64,000 nt of DNA from Candidatus Bathyarchaeota archaeon (lineage in GTDB: Archaea > Thermoproteota > Bathyarchaeia > 40CM-2-53-6), in the NCBI GenBank assembly GCA_963726255.1, contig CAVSBL010000002.1, positions 256,001-320,000 of the forward strand, in the 5' to 3' direction. Below are positions 60,297 through 64,000 of the stretch, in pieces. The notes under the pieces were generated by a model that made no database searches, had not been told where the DNA came from, and saw only the letters and a list, made by a program, of their open reading frames with translations. Position numbers and translations under genes: made by a program. Numbering within the stretch: position 1 is the first letter of the stretch; every line of letters begins with the position of its first letter.

Positions 60297-60553
60297 TAGG
60301 CCCGCCTTCGCCGTTGAAGTTCAACCTTCAAACGCAAGCGGTCTTAATAGTATTTCAGCCACGCTTGGAATTCTAGTCCTTGCTCGTGTTTGGGAATGCG
60401 CGGATTTTTGCTTGGATTCTTGTAATGACGATCTCTGGACGCAACACCGCGAAACCCGTTCACACTGCCCGCTAGTGCGAATAGCTGTTCAAGCAGTTGA
60501 CGAAGTGGGGCGCAAAACGGAAAATGTTCGACGATAACTGCAGTTTGACGTAC

Positions 60554-60682
60554 TTAGAGTCGCGTCAGATATTCGTGCATCAGAAGGCCGCATCTTTGGC
60601 ATCTTATGAGCCTTAGTAGCCTTCCCTCTTCGTCGAAATCTTGGCCTATTTCCCGCACTTGAGCGTGCTGGCATACGTCCAT
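60554..60682 (-). CDS. 42-aa zinc-finger microprotein
   Basis: Below the ORF-track cutoff: MDVCQHAQVREIGQDFDEEGRLLRLIRCQRCGLLMHEYLTRL (CxH...CxxCG). Confidence 0.65.
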   Translation of the reverse strand: MDVCQHAQVREIGQDFDEEGRLLRLIRCQRCGLLMHEYLTRL

Positions 60683-60904
60683 CGAAACGGATTCCGTTTT
60701 GGGCGGGGCGATAGCCGTGTAGGCAATTTGTTTTGCCGTTTCTATTCACCTTCCTCAATAGTAGCTGTCCGTAAACGGACTTAACCGTTGGTGGAGCGTG
60801 TAGCAATTGGTACACGTGGTGGATAATTCCACCAAGTGGAGGTGCTTTCTTATCAAGCAGGATGGTAAGAATCAGAGTTTTGTCGATCGATGGAGGCGAC
60901 TTGA

Positions 60905-61252
60905 TTGGGTGTCTTGGTTACCGGAGCCGCGAAGGTTGAGGAGGGGATCCTACGCTTCAAACGTAATGTGCGAATGGTAACTGAACAGAAGAGGGTAAGG
61001 GCATACGCTAAGTGGAGGCCGACATGGACTCATGTAAGAAACTCGTTAGAGGGCCCTCGGGTCAAGCCTATCATACGGAGAATAGAGCCGCTGCCAAACC
61101 AAATCGAACACAAAACCAAAGTGCTCCTAAACAGAGCGGAATTTCGAGCCGGAACAGCGCTCACAGACCTCGTTGACAGAACAATCGTAGAGCTTGAGAA
61201 GGTAAAGAGAAAACTAGATCGACGTTTCCCACAGCGCTGGGTTGCAGCATAA
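60905..61252 (+). CDS. Hypothetical basic protein
   Basis: 115-aa ORF; start uncertain. Confidence 0.55.
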   Translation: MGVLVTGAAKVEEGILRFKRNVRMVTEQKRVRAYAKWRPTWTHVRNSLEGPRVKPIIRRIEPLPNQIEHKTKVLLNRAEFRAGTALTDLVDRTIVELEKVKRKLDRRFPQRWVAA

Positions 61253-61401
61253 CAGCCAACTTGCGGCCCGGACAACCCTAGAACGTTCACACAGAAACGA
61301 TGGCGATGGACCGTCACCCGACTCCCAAACCCGACGCTTTTAATAGTGTCGCGCCCAGTTTCTGAGAATACACCACTCCGTTCGATAGTGCAAGTCGGTG
61401 G

Positions 61402-62163
61402 GTGCTTCATCCTTTGGGCGATATCAGAATTGGTAAGGTAGAAAATCACCTACAGGACGTGATTAGGAAGGAAGGAGCCGCCCATCTTACCTTATTTGAC
61501 CCGGAGAAACTCACACCCTTAGCGGCACGCAACTTGGCGTCAGAAGTCAAGAAAGCTGGTACCGCTGCCGCAATGGTTGGGGGCTCGACTGCGACCTCGG
61601 TTTACGAAGTTGACGCTATCGTGAAGGCGATTAAATCTGCCGGGCTCTACGTAATCTTATTTCCAAACGATGTTGCGGGCCTGAGCCAGAACGCCGACGC
61701 CGTTTTCTTCATGTCCCTACTAAATTCAATTAACCCGTATTACCTGTCGGGCGCCCAGGCACTTGGGGCACCGTTAGTAAAGCGCTATCGCCTTGAGCCG
61801 ATCCCGCTCGCGTACCTAATTGTTGGGGAGCATGCTGGTGCGGCCGGGTTTGTTGGTAACGCAAACCCCATCCCATACGACAAGCCCGAGCTGGCAGCAA
61901 TCTATGCCCTTGCAGCCGAATATCTCGGAATGCGCTTCGTCTACCTAGAAGCAGGGTCCGGGGCGAGAAAATCAGTTTCACCCGAAATGGTGCGCGCCGT
62001 CGATCACACATGCCATATGAACATAATCGCTGGCGGCGGAATCAAAACTCCATCCCAGGCTAAGGAATTGGTTGACGCTGGAGCGAGCGTAATTGTTACA
62101 GGTACGGTAGCTGAAAAGGCGTCCGTAGCAAAGTTGCGAGCCATAATTCGAGCCATGCACTGA
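61402..62163 (+). CDS. Geranylgeranylglyceryl phosphate synthase
   Basis: HLTLFDPEK, MVGGST, FMSLLNS, YLEAGSGA, GGGIK, VTGT. Confidence 0.95.
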   Translation: MLHPLGDIRIGKVENHLQDVIRKEGAAHLTLFDPEKLTPLAARNLASEVKKAGTAAAMVGGSTATSVYEVDAIVKAIKSAGLYVILFPNDVAGLSQNADAVFFMSLLNSINPYYLSGAQALGAPLVKRYRLEPIPLAYLIVGEHAGAAGFVGNANPIPYDKPELAAIYALAAEYLGMRFVYLEAGSGARKSVSPEMVRAVDHTCHMNIIAGGGIKTPSQAKELVDAGASVIVTGTVAEKASVAKLRAIIRAMH

Positions 62164-62183
62164 ATTCTGGCTGAGGAAGCGTC

Positions 62184-63998
62184 TTGGCTCGTTCCTTTTC
62201 TAAACGCATCACTGGGACAACTCCTTACTACAACCTCATACGGCGTGTGGCCTTTCCGTCGACGAGAACAATCTTCATCGCGTCGCTGGTTCTCACAACC
62301 GTAGGAGTCGGCCTGTCCTTCTCATTCGCCGAGCGGACAATCGCATTCTTTCTAATCGGGGCGGCATGGGGGATAGTTGCCTTCACGCTGCCATCCTTTG
62401 CATCCGACATCGTACTCTATTTCACGATAATGAAACAAGACCAGTTATTCTATCTTAGAAGGTGCCTCGCACTTTCGCTCTTCACAATATTCACTTGGGT
62501 TGTAATTTTCTTGTTCGGTTCAGTGATAACGAATTTGGATCAGAGGTTCATTTTCCCTGATTTCGCGGTCATTCTGGGGCTGTTCGCCGTGATCCCACCC
62601 CGTGCCCTCGCCGTATTTTCCATGTCTAGAACCAGTTTCGCCAGGAGAGCTCTATTCACACTCATGGAACCAACCCTAACTGTATTCTCAGTGATAATCG
62701 TGTTCGGCCTGCCGCTTGCGAGAATGATAACTGGGTTGGTGCTGTCCACGATTGTGGGACTAACTTTCGCTTTCGCCCTAATTGCCATCGTCGAGGTTTA
62801 CGGCCGCGAAGCTATAGGTTTCTCACCCATCCGAATGTTCAGGGCGTTTCTTACCGATTGGCTTGAAAATGAAAATCACGAACTCGAGTCTTACCTCAAT
62901 GAACTCGGTGTCGAAGCCGAAATAAACGCGGCGGCTTTCGCGTTTCGCAGGAAAGGTTCTGACAAGATCAAGGCCGTCATGTTCGTCTCCAACTTTCATC
63001 CCGGGCCTTTCCTAAACGTCGGTAGCAGCGTACTTCCCTATCTTATGCATTCGGTAATGAGCAGAAGGTTCAATGCAGTCACTCTCGTCCCACACGGCGT
63101 ATCAGGGCATGAATTGAACTTGGTTTCCCAAGACCAGAACGCAAGAATTATCCGATGGGTACTTGCGGGGTTGGAGCATGCGCGTTACGACGGCGGCGCC
63201 AGTCGTGTTACGAGAATGAAGAACGAAATGGCCACGGCAACCTCCCAAGCCTTCGACGGATGCGCTCTCGTAACGATGACCACCTCGCCTTCTGACATGG
63301 AAGATGTCCCCTCCGAAGTAGCAAATAGGTTGACAGGCCTTACTCACGGAAGGTTCCGCCACTTGGCTTTGGTTGACGCCCACAATTGCCTTACAGGTCC
63401 CACGACCATGACATCCCAGAAAATCGGGGCTCTCGAGGAGGCGGCTTTAGCGAGTCTGCAAGTCACCGCCGAAGAGCCGTCGAGTTCGTTCAAAGTCGGC
63501 GTGGCTCGCAAAATGCCCGCTGGGTTTACGTTAAAGGATGGGTTTGGCCCTGGCGGGATCTGTGTAATGGGAATGGAGGTTTCGGGGCAACGCTTCGCCT
63601 ACGTAAACGTAGATGGTAACAACATGGTCAGTGGCCTAAGGGAGAAGATCGTGGACGCCATCAAGGACGTCGGCTTTGATGATGGAGAAGTTATGACCTC
63701 TGATACGCACATGGTGAATGGAATCGTTTCTGCCCGCCTAGGTTACCACACGGTTGGAGAGGTGGTGCCTTGGAGTAGGGTTCTTAGCGAGGTTACTGAG
63801 GCTTGCCGCGAGGCGTTAGCTAACTTGGAAACGTGCGAAGTCGGAGTAGTTTCCGGCCAAGTCCTCGTGACCACCCTCGGATCGAAGGCACTTCGTCGCG
63901 TCATGGGCGTTGTTTACAGAATCTCAAAACTTACAGCACTAACTCTCTTTCCCATTGTGGTCGCAATCACAATACTTTCGTTGCTTTTCTTGGTGTAA
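62184..63998 (+). CDS. DUF2070 family membrane protein
   Basis: HPGPF..VGSS, HELNL, VDAHN, DGNNM, TSDTH. Confidence 0.88.
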   Translation: MARSFSKRITGTTPYYNLIRRVAFPSTRTIFIASLVLTTVGVGLSFSFAERTIAFFLIGAAWGIVAFTLPSFASDIVLYFTIMKQDQLFYLRRCLALSLFTIFTWVVIFLFGSVITNLDQRFIFPDFAVILGLFAVIPPRALAVFSMSRTSFARRALFTLMEPTLTVFSVIIVFGLPLARMITGLVLSTIVGLTFAFALIAIVEVYGREAIGFSPIRMFRAFLTDWLENENHELESYLNELGVEAEINAAAFAFRRKGSDKIKAVMFVSNFHPGPFLNVGSSVLPYLMHSVMSRRFNAVTLVPHGVSGHELNLVSQDQNARIIRWVLAGLEHARYDGGASRVTRMKNEMATATSQAFDGCALVTMTTSPSDMEDVPSEVANRLTGLTHGRFRHLALVDAHNCLTGPTTMTSQKIGALEEAALASLQVTAEEPSSSFKVGVARKMPAGFTLKDGFGPGGICVMGMEVSGQRFAYVNVDGNNMVSGLREKIVDAIKDVGFDDGEVMTSDTHMVNGIVSARLGYHTVGEVVPWSRVLSEVTEACREALANLETCEVGVVSGQVLVTTLGSKALRRVMGVVYRISKLTALTLFPIVVAITILSLLFLV

Positions 63999-64000
63999 TC

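Noticed and set aside
60489-60815. 108-aa basic ORF as a ribosomal protein (L37e/L40e-like)
   Set aside because: Lacks the Cys pattern; the overlapping 42-aa zinc-finger frame is more plausible.
60790-60875. A fourth tRNA gene
   Set aside because: No GTTCRA T-loop, acceptor stem or BHB-bounded introns.

Overview
Archaeal chromosome segment. A TACK-type gene set, a BHB intron in cbf5 and frequent TTG/GTG starts make a Bathyarchaeia-like lineage my best inference. 1-10770 is an accessory/defence island: a restriction-endonuclease-STAND NTPase fusion running off the left edge, membrane/secreted ORFs, an AbiE type IV toxin-antitoxin pair with an operator array, an internally deleted tyrosine integrase and two tRNA 3'-end remnants. 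The island is anchored at a tRNA-Trp(CCA) gene (10772-11000, minus) that I can fold into a canonical 77-nt cloverleaf only after removing FIVE introns (positions 10/11, 28/29, 37/38, 45/46, 59/60); this is the standout observation. The rest is core genome: ychF, HTH-CBS regulator, bacterial-type metK, valS, ssb, two tRNA-Ser genes with two introns each, and archease. The S10/spc/alpha ribosomal protein superoperon follows, with L3, L2, S8, L18, L30, S11 and SUI1 missing from their usual slots and foreign blocks inserted. The window ends with secY, adk, cmk, intron-split cbf5, rpoD, rpoN and a lipid/isoprenoid cluster that encodes both a haloarchaeal-type phosphomevalonate decarboxylase and the Aeropyrum-type AcnX/UbiD route, plus class II HMG-CoA reductase, DGGGP synthase and GGGP synthase. 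All calls come from manual reading and motif recognition; no searches were run.
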